Assembly: GCA_035387945.1 (NCBI GenBank)
Contig: DAOOOX010000016.1
Coordinates: 25,918-89,917 of the forward strand
Source: Verrucomicrobiia bacterium
GTDB taxonomy: Bacteria; Verrucomicrobiota; Verrucomicrobiia; JADLBR01
DNA length: 64,000 nucleotides
Direction of reading: 5' to 3'
The translations under genes were made by a program, and so were the position numbers. Of the stretch, positions 18,433 to 27,029 are shown piece by piece. The first letter of the stretch is position 1. Every line of letters begins with the position of its first letter. Under the pieces are notes generated by a model that did not search any database, was not told the origin of the DNA, and was given only the letters and a program-made list of their open reading frames with translations.

Positions 18433-18435
18433 GGC

Positions 18436-18771
18436 CTATCCCTTGAGCTCCGAGACCTCGCGCGAGCGTATCGAGCGGTAGTTGCGATAGATGGCGATCA
18501 CGATGCTGAGCGCGATCGCGATCTCCGCCGCGGCCAGCCCCATGATGAATAGCACGAAGGTCTGGCCGACGGTTGGATCGGGCGCGAAGAATCGGTTGAG
18601 CGTCATGAAATTCAGCGACGCGGCCGCGAAGATCAATTCCCCGGCGATGAGCATGCCGATCAGCGTGCGGCGCCGTAGCAGGCCATAGATCCCACAGGCA
18701 AAAAGGAATGCGGCGATGACCAGGTAGGCGTTGGGGCGCCCGTAGAGCAAGCCGGCGGAGTCGAGGTTCAT
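18436..18771 (-). CDS. nuoK: NADH-quinone oxidoreductase subunit K
   Basis: Trimmed to 111 aa (MNLDSAGLLYG...). It has three TM helices and the conserved Glu context IAGELIF. ATGA overlap with the nuoJ stop. Confidence 0.9.
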   Translation of the reverse strand: MNLDSAGLLYGRPNAYLVIAAFLFACGIYGLLRRRTLIGMLIAGELIFAAASLNFMTLNRFFAPDPTVGQTFVLFIMGLAAAEIAIALSIVIAIYRNYRSIRSREVSELKG

Positions 18772-19298
18772 GTGCGGCTCCTCCCGGTCCGGGCGATGAC
18801 CAGCGCGCCCAGGATGGCGACGAGCAGCACCAGCGAGATGACCTCGAAGGCCATGCTGTAGGTCGTGAGCAGTGCGACACCGATGGCGGCGACGCTCCCG
18901 TCGGCCCTCGACGTTGGCGAGAGCCACGGGTGCGCGAGGCTGAGCCGCGACAGCGCCAGGAAGAATGCCGCCCCGACGAGCATCGCGCACGAGCCCCAGA
19001 CCAGCGCGGCGCTGCGGGACTCGCCCTCGATGACCTCCTCGGGCTCCGCGAGCATGATGCCGAAGACGATCGTCACGCAGACCGCCCCGACGTAGATCAG
19101 GATCTCCATCAGCGCGAGGAACGGGCTGTTGAGGAAATAGAACAGCCCGGCCAGCCCGATGCAGCACAGCGCCAGCCCGCAGACTCCGCGGATGATGCGC
19201 TTGCTGAGCGCGGCGATCAGCGCCCCGGACACCGTGATGGCGCAGAACGCGAGAAAAATGGCCGCGGCGATCGCCGGGGCGAAGGGAAACTCCGTCAT
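18768..19298 (-). CDS. nuoJ: NADH-quinone oxidoreductase subunit J
   Basis: 176 aa. LMEILIYVGAVCVTIVFGIML is a typical NuoJ motif. ATGA overlap with the nuoI stop. Confidence 0.85.
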   Translation of the reverse strand: MTEFPFAPAIAAAIFLAFCAITVSGALIAALSKRIIRGVCGLALCCIGLAGLFYFLNSPFLALMEILIYVGAVCVTIVFGIMLAEPEEVIEGESRSAALVWGSCAMLVGAAFFLALSRLSLAHPWLSPTSRADGSVAAIGVALLTTYSMAFEVISLVLLVAILGALVIARTGRSRT

Positions 19299-19738
19299 TT
19301 CTTCTGCCCCTCCAGCCTCCTGAGCAGATCGTAGAGGTACGCGCTTCTCTCGGTGCTAGCGAGATTGTACTCCTTCGTGAATCGCAGGGCGTCCGTGGGG
19401 CAGACCTCCACGCATGAGCCGCAGAGGCTGCACTTGGTGAAATCCAGCGAGAATTCGGTCGGCGACTTGCGCTTTTCCCCCTCGCGCTTGATGCCCTCGA
19501 CGAAGATGCAGTCGCTGGGGCAGGCCTTCTCGCATGACTTGCAGGCGATGCAGAGCGAGTTGCCCGTCTCGGGGTCGCGGACGAGTTCGATGTGGCCGCG
19601 GTAGCGCTCGGGCATTTTGAGGGCCTCGCGCGGGTAGTGGACGGTGACGGGGCGCCGGAAGAACTGGTCGATCGTCAGCCGCATGCCGACGACGAGGGTC
19701 TTGAAGCCACTGACGCTATCCTTGATCAGGTTCTTCAT
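19295..19738 (-). CDS. nuoI: NADH-quinone oxidoreductase subunit I (2x[4Fe-4S])
   Basis: Trimmed to 147 aa from MKNLIKDS. It has two ferredoxin Cys clusters, CIACKSCEKACP and CSLCGSCVEVCP. Confidence 0.9.
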   Translation of the reverse strand: MKNLIKDSVSGFKTLVVGMRLTIDQFFRRPVTVHYPREALKMPERYRGHIELVRDPETGNSLCIACKSCEKACPSDCIFVEGIKREGEKRKSPTEFSLDFTKCSLCGSCVEVCPTDALRFTKEYNLASTERSAYLYDLLRRLEGQKK

Positions 19739-19740
19739 GG

Positions 19741-20739
19741 TCAGAACATCCTGGGGATCTTGATCGCGATGCTGGTTAGTACGAGGGTGGTGAGGGAGAC
19801 GGGGATCAAGATCTTCCACGAGAGGTTGAGCAGGCCGTAGAACTGCGTGCGCGGGAACGTCCACCGAATCCAGATGACCGAGAAGATCAGGAAATACATC
19901 TTCGCCAAGAACCACCAGACCCCGGGCAGCGCGCCGACGGGGCTGCCCCAGCCGCCGAGGAACAGGGCCGTGGCAATGGCGCAGCCGATCACGATGTTGG
20001 CGTATTCGCCCATGAAGAACACGCCGAAGCCCATGCCCGAGTATTCGGTGTAGGCGCCCGCCACCAGTTCGCTCTCGGCCTCGGCCATGTCGAAGGGCGC
20101 GCGGTTGGTCTCGGCCAGCATGCAGATGAAGAAGATGATGAACGTCACCGGCATCAGGGGATTGGACGCGAGGCGGAAGACGTTCCATGCCCAAAACCCG
20201 GCCTCCTGCTGGCGGACGATCTCGTGCAGGTTCATGGTGCCGGCGACCATCAGCATGGTGATGATGGTAAGGAGCATGGGGATCTCGTAGGCGACGTTCT
20301 GCGAAACGACGCGGGCCGCGGAGATGATCGCGTATTTGTTGCGGGAGGACCAGCCGCCGAGCATGACGGCCATGACGTTGATGGAACCGAAGGCGAAGAT
20401 CATCAGCAGGCCGACGTCGATGTTGCGGGCGGCGATGGAGTCGGCGAACGGGATCGTGGCGAAGCACATCATCGCGGGGGCCATGACCATCACGGGCGCC
20501 ACGCGGAAAAGCAGCTCGTCGGAGCCGGGCGGGACGATGAGCTGTTTTGTCATCAGCTTGATGGCGTCGGCGACGGGCTGGAGCAGTCCGGCGGGACCGA
20601 CCTCGGTGGGCCCGGCGCGGCGCTGGAAGCGGCCGGCGGCCTTGCGCTCGAGCCACACGAGATACGCGGCGTTGACGCCCACGAAGGCCAGGGCGCCGAC
20701 GACGTACAGCAGGATCCGGATAGGCTCGATGATCGTCAT
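19741..20739 (-). CDS. nuoH: NADH-quinone oxidoreductase subunit H
   Basis: 332 aa. WLERKAAGRFQRRAGPTEVGPAGLLQPVADAIKL and LAETNRAPFDMAEAESELVAGAYTEYSG are signature NuoH motifs. Confidence 0.92.
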   Translation of the reverse strand: MTIIEPIRILLYVVGALAFVGVNAAYLVWLERKAAGRFQRRAGPTEVGPAGLLQPVADAIKLMTKQLIVPPGSDELLFRVAPVMVMAPAMMCFATIPFADSIAARNIDVGLLMIFAFGSINVMAVMLGGWSSRNKYAIISAARVVSQNVAYEIPMLLTIITMLMVAGTMNLHEIVRQQEAGFWAWNVFRLASNPLMPVTFIIFFICMLAETNRAPFDMAEAESELVAGAYTEYSGMGFGVFFMGEYANIVIGCAIATALFLGGWGSPVGALPGVWWFLAKMYFLIFSVIWIRWTFPRTQFYGLLNLSWKILIPVSLTTLVLTSIAIKIPRMF

Positions 20740-20745
20740 GTGGGC

Positions 20746-21873
20746 CTACCGGTCGATGTCGGGGATGACGAGGTCAAGGCTGCCGAGCATGGCCAGCGCA
20801 TCGGGCAACATCATCCCGCGGCTGGCCTCCTCAAAGAGGCTGAGGTTCGAGAAGGAGGGGGCCCGCAGTTTCAGGCGGTAGGGGATCTCCTTGCCGTCGC
20901 TGACCGCCCGCACCGCAAAACGACCCCGGGCGGCCTCCGTCGCGTAGAAGTAATCCCCGGGCGGGACCTTCATGACCTTGGGCATCTTGGGTGCGATGAA
21001 CGGCCCGTCGGGCAACCTGTCGACGGCCTGCTCGATGATGCGCAGGCTCTGGACGATCTCCTCCATGCGCACGAGGTATCGCGCCATGGAGTCGGCCTCG
21101 GGGAAAACGGGGATATCGAAATCGAATTCGCGGTAGGCCGAGTAGGGCTCGACCTTGCGGGTGTCGTAGGCGACGCCGGCGCCGCGGATGACGGGACCGG
21201 TGGCGCCATACCTGCGGCACATGTCGGCGCTGATGTGGCCGATGTCGGTGAGGCGCTTCCGCAGGATGATGTTGTCCGTGACCAGATCGCGGTAGAGCTT
21301 CATCCGCGGGCGCATGTGGGCGACGAATTCCTTGGTGCCGCGCAAGAAAGCGTCATCGACATCGTTGCACACCCCGCCGAAGCGGTAGTAGCAGTAGGTG
21401 AGCCGGGAGCCGGTGATGCCCTCGAGCAGGTCGAGGATTTTCTCGCGGTCGTCGAAGGCGTACAGCAGGGGCGTGAAGCCGCCGAGGTCCAGCAGGAATG
21501 CGCCGAACCAGACGAGGTGGCTCGAGATGCGGTTGAGTTCCGAGGTGATGACCCGGATGTACTCGGCGCGCGGCGGGACCTCGATGCCCGCGGCCCGCTC
21601 CGCCACGCCGACGAAGGCGTGGGTGTAGGCCATGGCCGAGAGATAGTCTATGCGGCTGGTGTTGGGCAGGAACTGGTTCCACGTGCGGTTCTCGCCCATC
21701 TTCTCGTGCATCCGGTGGATGTAGCCGGGCACGGGCTCGGCGCGGGTGACGTATTCCCCATCCATCGTGAGCTTGATGCGCAGCACGCCGTGCGTGGCGG
21801 GATGCTGCGGGCCGAGGTTCAGGATGAACGTCTCGTCCGGGCCTTTGATGAGTTCGAGGGGCGGCACGCTCAT
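20746..21873 (-). CDS. nuoD: NADH-quinone oxidoreductase subunit D
   Basis: 375 aa. It has LNLGPQHPATHGVLR, and the C-terminus ends SLDLVIPDIDR. Its stop lies 6 nt before the nuoH start. Confidence 0.92.
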   Translation of the reverse strand: MSVPPLELIKGPDETFILNLGPQHPATHGVLRIKLTMDGEYVTRAEPVPGYIHRMHEKMGENRTWNQFLPNTSRIDYLSAMAYTHAFVGVAERAAGIEVPPRAEYIRVITSELNRISSHLVWFGAFLLDLGGFTPLLYAFDDREKILDLLEGITGSRLTYCYYRFGGVCNDVDDAFLRGTKEFVAHMRPRMKLYRDLVTDNIILRKRLTDIGHISADMCRRYGATGPVIRGAGVAYDTRKVEPYSAYREFDFDIPVFPEADSMARYLVRMEEIVQSLRIIEQAVDRLPDGPFIAPKMPKVMKVPPGDYFYATEAARGRFAVRAVSDGKEIPYRLKLRAPSFSNLSLFEEASRGMMLPDALAMLGSLDLVIPDIDR

Positions 21874-22393
21874 GGCAGCGGTGTGAAGTCCTTCCTCAGC
21901 GGATGGAAATCGGAATCCTCCGGCAACAGGAAGGGCGAGAGGTCAGGGTGCCCGATGAATCGGATATCGAAGAAATCGTGTGTCTCGCGCTCGTGCCAGT
22001 TGGCGCCGGGAAAGACGTGCGACACCGTTTGGATCTCGGCCCGATCCCGGGGGATGCGGGCCCGGACGACCACCCGCCACGGGGCCGTGGGATGGAAGTA
22101 ATCGTAAACGACCTCCATCTGGCCCGAGGCGATCCAGTCCACGCCGGTCACGCAGTCGATCCCGAAGCCGCGCGCATCGAGTATGTGGGCCGCGTCGACC
22201 ACCCGGTCGGGGGGCACCGTGACGTCGAGGTGGAAACCCCGTTTCCCATAATCGGTGATCTGGCAGGGCGGGGGAGGCTCGGCCGCGGCGGCGGATGGCG
22301 TTTCGCCGGCGGGGGCGTCCGCCGGCGGTGGCGTCGCGGGCGCGGGCTGGCAGAGCCGCGACATCTCGTCGGCGAGCGCCTGGATGAAGCCGT

Positions 22394-22397
<4 letters not shown>
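21870..22397 (-). CDS. nuoC: NADH-quinone oxidoreductase subunit C (with Pro/Ala-rich N-terminal stretch)
   Basis: Trimmed to 175 aa from MNGFIQAL. The core contains [28 protein letters not shown] overlaps at both ends. Confidence 0.85.
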
Positions 22398-22924
<527 letters not shown>

Positions 22925-23710
22925 TCGAAGACTCCTTTCTTCCATGCGTAGACGATGACCAGGGACAAGATGCCAACGAAAACTAGCAGCTCCACGAGAT
23001 CGCGCACCGGGAAGACCCGGTCGTAGATGATGGCCACCGGCACGAGATAGAGCACGTCGACCGCGAACGCCACGAACACCAGCGCGTACAGGTAGTACAC
23101 GGCGCTGTACCGGATCCACGCGTCGCCGATCGGGTCCATGCCGCACTCGATGTACTGGCCAGTCTTGTTCGCGGTCTGCCGCGTCTTGCGCGCCGCCAGC
23201 AGGTGCGCGATCAGCACCGGGCCGATCGCGAACGCCAGCCCCCCGAGGCAAAACGCCGCCACGTAGATAATATCACTTATCAAAGCGTCGCTCATTTATT
23301 AGACCAGCTCATGTGTATGATAAATACGAGAAACGTTGGAATATGCCGGGTCCGCGCCGGGATGCAATCCGCAATTTGGTTACTTTCTAACACGACGCGT
23401 GCGCGCGATGCGCGCGTCACCAGACTCTGGCGTTTCAGTGAGCCATGGGATGGCGCGGGCGATCTTGCGTCCGGGCCGTAATTTGCAGCGGTGCAATCAG
23501 ATGCCGCACTGTTTGAACTGATCAGGTGCCGCCGCGTTGAAACGTCAAACCGCGGATGGCTCGGATGTTGCGAATATCCCACGGACCCCGATCCGGGAAT
23601 CACAGGCGGGGGCGGGGGAAGCGGTCTGCAAGTGATTCAAGTGGCGCGCCGGGGCCGGTGTCCCTCCCCGTGCCCTGCGCGACTGTCGTGCGGGATTCTC
23701 GACGGGTTGC

Positions 23711-23936
23711 TAGCCCGGATATTTCACAGCCGTCGGCTGTGAAGTTCCGGGCTCTGGGAAAACCGCGCCATGAACGCCATTCATTGGGAAAGGCCAGGCA
23801 AGGACTGGGTTCTTTCGCTGTTGCAGAGTGTGTATCGCGGATCGATTGCCCCAGACCCTCCAAAATCGCGTTTTTCGGAGCGCGGTTTTCCTCTGAGCCT
23901 GCATATTTCACGCGGAAGCGTGAAATATGCAGGCTA
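23711..23936 (+). repeat. ~230-nt structured repeat, copy A (hairpin, long-range stem, 17-bp hairpin)
   Basis: Roughly nine in ten positions match 61874-62101 in the same orientation. Hairpins: ttcacagcc/ggctgtgaa (23723-23743) and gcctgcatatttcacgc/gcgtgaaatatgcaggc (23897-23934). Long-range complement: ggaaaaccgcgc (23757-68) with gcgcggttttcc (23880-91). Confidence 0.85.
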
Positions 23937-25394
23937 GGGAGCGAGCTGGGCCGCGGAGGGGATGCCGTAGCGTTTGAGGATGCGCCCGTCGGCCGAGGGC
24001 AGCGTCGCGGCATCGAGCACGATGCGGTTCAGGCCCAGTCCCTGCGTGAATTCAAAAAGATGGACTTGTCCCATCGGGCTGGCGACCGCATCGACGATGT
24101 CCTTGAGGACGCGGATCGTTCGGCCGTTGACCCGCAGCAGTGGCTGGAACCTGAGATCGTGGTAATCGATGTTGATCGGATCGGGCAGCACTTGGCTCAG
24201 GAACACGACCGACGGACGCTCGGCGGTTGGCAAATCATCGCGGTAGCACGCGAGGCGGATGGGCGCGGATCGACCCATGGAGCGCATCAAGGGTTCCGTC
24301 AGCGGCTGGAAGACCAACCCCCCGACGATCAGGTATTCCGGCGCGCGGTCGAAACTCTCCATCGGCACGAGATCGACGTCGTAGGAGGCGGCTGGCAGCC
24401 GGTAATCGATGGCCATGGTTTCTCCGCCGCGCACGATTTTCATGGGCAGCGTGTCGCCCGCCCACCGCCCCCGGTCCGCAAGGAATTCCACGCTGAGGAA
24501 CCCGAACCGCGGGTCCCGGTAATCGCCCTCGGGACTCACCCGCAGACCGTCGATCTCGAATATGACGTCATGTGGCCGCAGGGCCTTTTCCGGCTCGGGG
24601 TACTCCGGGACCCTCGTCACGACGATGCCGCTGTCGGTGGCGGGGGCCCGGAGATAGGCCAGTGTGTCGGGGTTCCTGCCGGGCTGCCACTCGAACGTGA
24701 AGAGCCCCAGGCCCCGGTATCCGCCGCCCCGCGCCGCCGCGATGACTTGGCTTGCGAACGTTGCAGTGATGGCGTTCAGCGATTTCTCGTACGCCGAGGC
24801 GGCGATGCCGACGATCTCGTTGCCCCTTGTCACTACCTCGCCCCAGCCCGAGCCATCGACGTCGGCCTTGACCTCCAGCGCGAGCTGGTGGGTGTGGCTG
24901 AGCTGCGAGCGTCGAGAGCGCACGTCGGTGATCTCCCCCTTGGCGTCCTCCAGCCTGCCATCGCGCCAGCGCCGCACGGTCACTTCGCCCGACTCGGGCA
25001 CGGTGGTCGCCAGCCGCGCCGGAGCGAGCCCCCGCCAGAACCCCGCCTCCTTCGAGCCCACGAGCGCGAGATTCGCGTGGTAGTCGATCCACTTCACTTC
25101 TGCGGGCCACCACTTGCCGCGCCCCTCGCGGCGAACCGTCACCAGCGTGCGATCGGCGAGGTGATCCGCCGTGGTCAGAATGGTATCGCCATCGATGACC
25201 ACCCCGACCTTGTCGGTGTTCATCGTTTCCCTCACCCAGGGCTGGGAGTAATCGTACTTGTACCGCGTCGCGCGGATGGACACCACCGACTTTTCCCAGG
25301 CCCGGCCGGCGCCGCTCCATTCGCGCGCGCAGCCGCCCGCCAGCGCGAGCGCCGTCGCCGCCAACGGTATGAACAGAATCCCTCTCATTTTCAA
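23934..25394 (-). CDS. Deg/HtrA-like protein with degenerate catalytic triad (putative pseudoprotease), PDZ-like C-terminus
   Basis: 486 aa and a clear paralogue of the next gene (ILKRYGIPS vs ILKNYSIPS; LLRVNGRTIRVLKDIVDAV vs LVDRINGIRIERLEDAVSAI). By-eye alignment gives TTADHL for TNAHVI, HANLAL for DCDLAL, and GSGWGEV for GNSGGPV. Confidence 0.7.
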   Translation of the reverse strand: MKMRGILFIPLAATALALAGGCAREWSGAGRAWEKSVVSIRATRYKYDYSQPWVRETMNTDKVGVVIDGDTILTTADHLADRTLVTVRREGRGKWWPAEVKWIDYHANLALVGSKEAGFWRGLAPARLATTVPESGEVTVRRWRDGRLEDAKGEITDVRSRRSQLSHTHQLALEVKADVDGSGWGEVVTRGNEIVGIAASAYEKSLNAITATFASQVIAAARGGGYRGLGLFTFEWQPGRNPDTLAYLRAPATDSGIVVTRVPEYPEPEKALRPHDVIFEIDGLRVSPEGDYRDPRFGFLSVEFLADRGRWAGDTLPMKIVRGGETMAIDYRLPAASYDVDLVPMESFDRAPEYLIVGGLVFQPLTEPLMRSMGRSAPIRLACYRDDLPTAERPSVVFLSQVLPDPINIDYHDLRFQPLLRVNGRTIRVLKDIVDAVASPMGQVHLFEFTQGLGLNRIVLDAATLPSADGRILKRYGIPSAAQLAP

Positions 25395-26911
25395 AGTCGC
25401 CTGTCTGACGGTATCGAGTAGTTCTTGAGGATCTCCTCGTGCGCCGCGGCGGCGGCCGCGCGATCCAGGCAGTCGAATCGGTTTCCCGAGATGAACTCGA
25501 TCACGTGCTGCGCGTTGGTGCAGCCCTCGATGGCGCTCACCGCATCCTCGAGGCGTTCGATGCGGATCCCGTTGATCCGATCCACCAGGCTCCGACCACT
25601 GGTCAGGAGGTTGGCGTTGACCGCGTGCGACAGCACCCCCGCGAGCACCACGGCCTCCGGGCGCCAGTGTTCCGGATCTTCCCAGTGCCTCAACTTGAGC
25701 TCGTAGATCAGGTCGGGACCGGCCACCGATGTCCAGTTCCGCCCAAAGGTCTTCAGATAATCCAGGCTCAGCGGCACGAAGATCAGGCCGGCGTGCACGT
25801 AGTAGCGGGGGAGCACATCATACTGGTTGCCCTCGGTCCTGTCGTCGGAGAACACGCGCGCCGGCAGTTCGACGGTTTGCTCGTGACCGTCCCTCCAGAT
25901 CGCGATGTCCATGTGCTCGCCGCTTTGGGCGAGGTCCGTCGCGACTCCCGCGTGCACGCGGTGGCCCTGGTAGATGATCGTCTGGTCGCTGGCCACATCG
26001 TAAGGGCCGATCCGCAGGATGACGTCATCCACGCGCAGTTTCTCGCGGACCTCTGGGATAGGAAAGAGGCCGTCGATCCGCGCGCCACGCGCGTCATCCG
26101 AGAGCCCGAGGAGCCGCCGGTAGGCGGGGTTCTGCATCGAGGCCAAGAAGAGGCCCAGTTCCGGAAAGCCGTCGTACTTGCCGTCCTCGATATCCTTCAT
26201 GAAATGCTCGATGATCGGCGTGGGTATGAAGAATCCGGTGTTCTCCAGCTGCGTGATGGCCTGGAAAGCGACGCCGACGACCTTCCCATCCCGCAGCACG
26301 GGGCCCCCGCTGTTGCCGGGGTTGATCGCCGAATCGGTCTGCACCGCGAGGAAGGAGCGGTTGCCGATGTGCGAGTACGGTTGCATCTCGATGCGCGACA
26401 CCACGCCGCGTGTGTAGGAGAGTTGCTCGCCGCCGGCCGGATAGCCATACGTTACGACATTCGTGCGCTCCTCGGGAAGTTCGCCGAATTCCAGGGGTTC
26501 TAGCCCCTCGAAAAAGTTGGGGTCCCCGACCTCCAGCAGCGCCAGATCGCAGTCGTGGCCCACGAAGCGCACGCGGGCGTTATAGAGCCGCGGATCGCCC
26601 ATCCGCCTCACAAGGATCTGCCTTCCCCAGCTGATCACATGGGCGTTGGTCATGATCCGCCGCCCGCGGATCACAAACCCCGAACCGGACGAGCGCTGAA
26701 CCCGCTCGAAACGCCACGGCGCATCCCACACCGGCGTCTGGCTGAAAGTGATGATGCTGATGACCGACCTCTCGGGCTCGGTCGCGCCGGGACTCGGCAG
26801 AGTATCCCCGGCGTCCAGTTTGACCGACTCCTGAGGCTTGGGAGCGGCGAGCCCAAGCATCGGGACGAAGATCGCCGCCGCCAATTCCAACGCTCGGGCC
26901 GTTTTCAACAC
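25391..26911 (-). CDS. S1C (Deg/HtrA-like) serine protease with PDZ-like domains, secreted
   Basis: 506 aa with a signal peptide. The triad contexts are MTNAHV (His), DCDLALLEV (Asp) and NPGNSGGPV (Ser). Confidence 0.85.
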   Translation of the reverse strand: MLKTARALELAAAIFVPMLGLAAPKPQESVKLDAGDTLPSPGATEPERSVISIITFSQTPVWDAPWRFERVQRSSGSGFVIRGRRIMTNAHVISWGRQILVRRMGDPRLYNARVRFVGHDCDLALLEVGDPNFFEGLEPLEFGELPEERTNVVTYGYPAGGEQLSYTRGVVSRIEMQPYSHIGNRSFLAVQTDSAINPGNSGGPVLRDGKVVGVAFQAITQLENTGFFIPTPIIEHFMKDIEDGKYDGFPELGLFLASMQNPAYRRLLGLSDDARGARIDGLFPIPEVREKLRVDDVILRIGPYDVASDQTIIYQGHRVHAGVATDLAQSGEHMDIAIWRDGHEQTVELPARVFSDDRTEGNQYDVLPRYYVHAGLIFVPLSLDYLKTFGRNWTSVAGPDLIYELKLRHWEDPEHWRPEAVVLAGVLSHAVNANLLTSGRSLVDRINGIRIERLEDAVSAIEGCTNAQHVIEFISGNRFDCLDRAAAAAAHEEILKNYSIPSDRRL

Positions 26912-27029
26912 CGGATGACTCTGGGTGCCGTTCCCCGTGTCGTCAAGGCGGTCAGTTCATGAGCCGTGGGCGAGCGGATCCTTCGGCCCCGGCCGCCTGT
27001 TGAGAAATGCTCCGCCGGGCCGAGGCATT

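Noticed and set aside
15172-22101. Long plus-strand ORFs across the nuo operon (15172-16632, 17059-18285, 20224-22101)
   Set aside because: They are antisense to strongly conserved nuo subunits, have low-complexity Arg/Gly/Asp/Glu-rich translations, and lack any motifs.
23710-23904. 60-64-aa minus-strand ORFs inside both copies of the ~230-nt repeat (also 61887-62069)
   Set aside because: The two predicted peptides differ at many positions by non-synonymous changes and end differently, while the RNA/DNA stems are preserved by compensatory changes. A non-coding function fits better.
23556-25421. 621-aa plus-strand ORF spanning the repeat element and the Deg-like gene
   Set aside because: It is a shadow ORF that runs through a non-coding repeat and is antisense to a gene with clear paralogy to the neighbouring protease. 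The same reasoning applies to 56119-58479 (antisense to the OFOR) and 59370-60683 (antisense to nadB).
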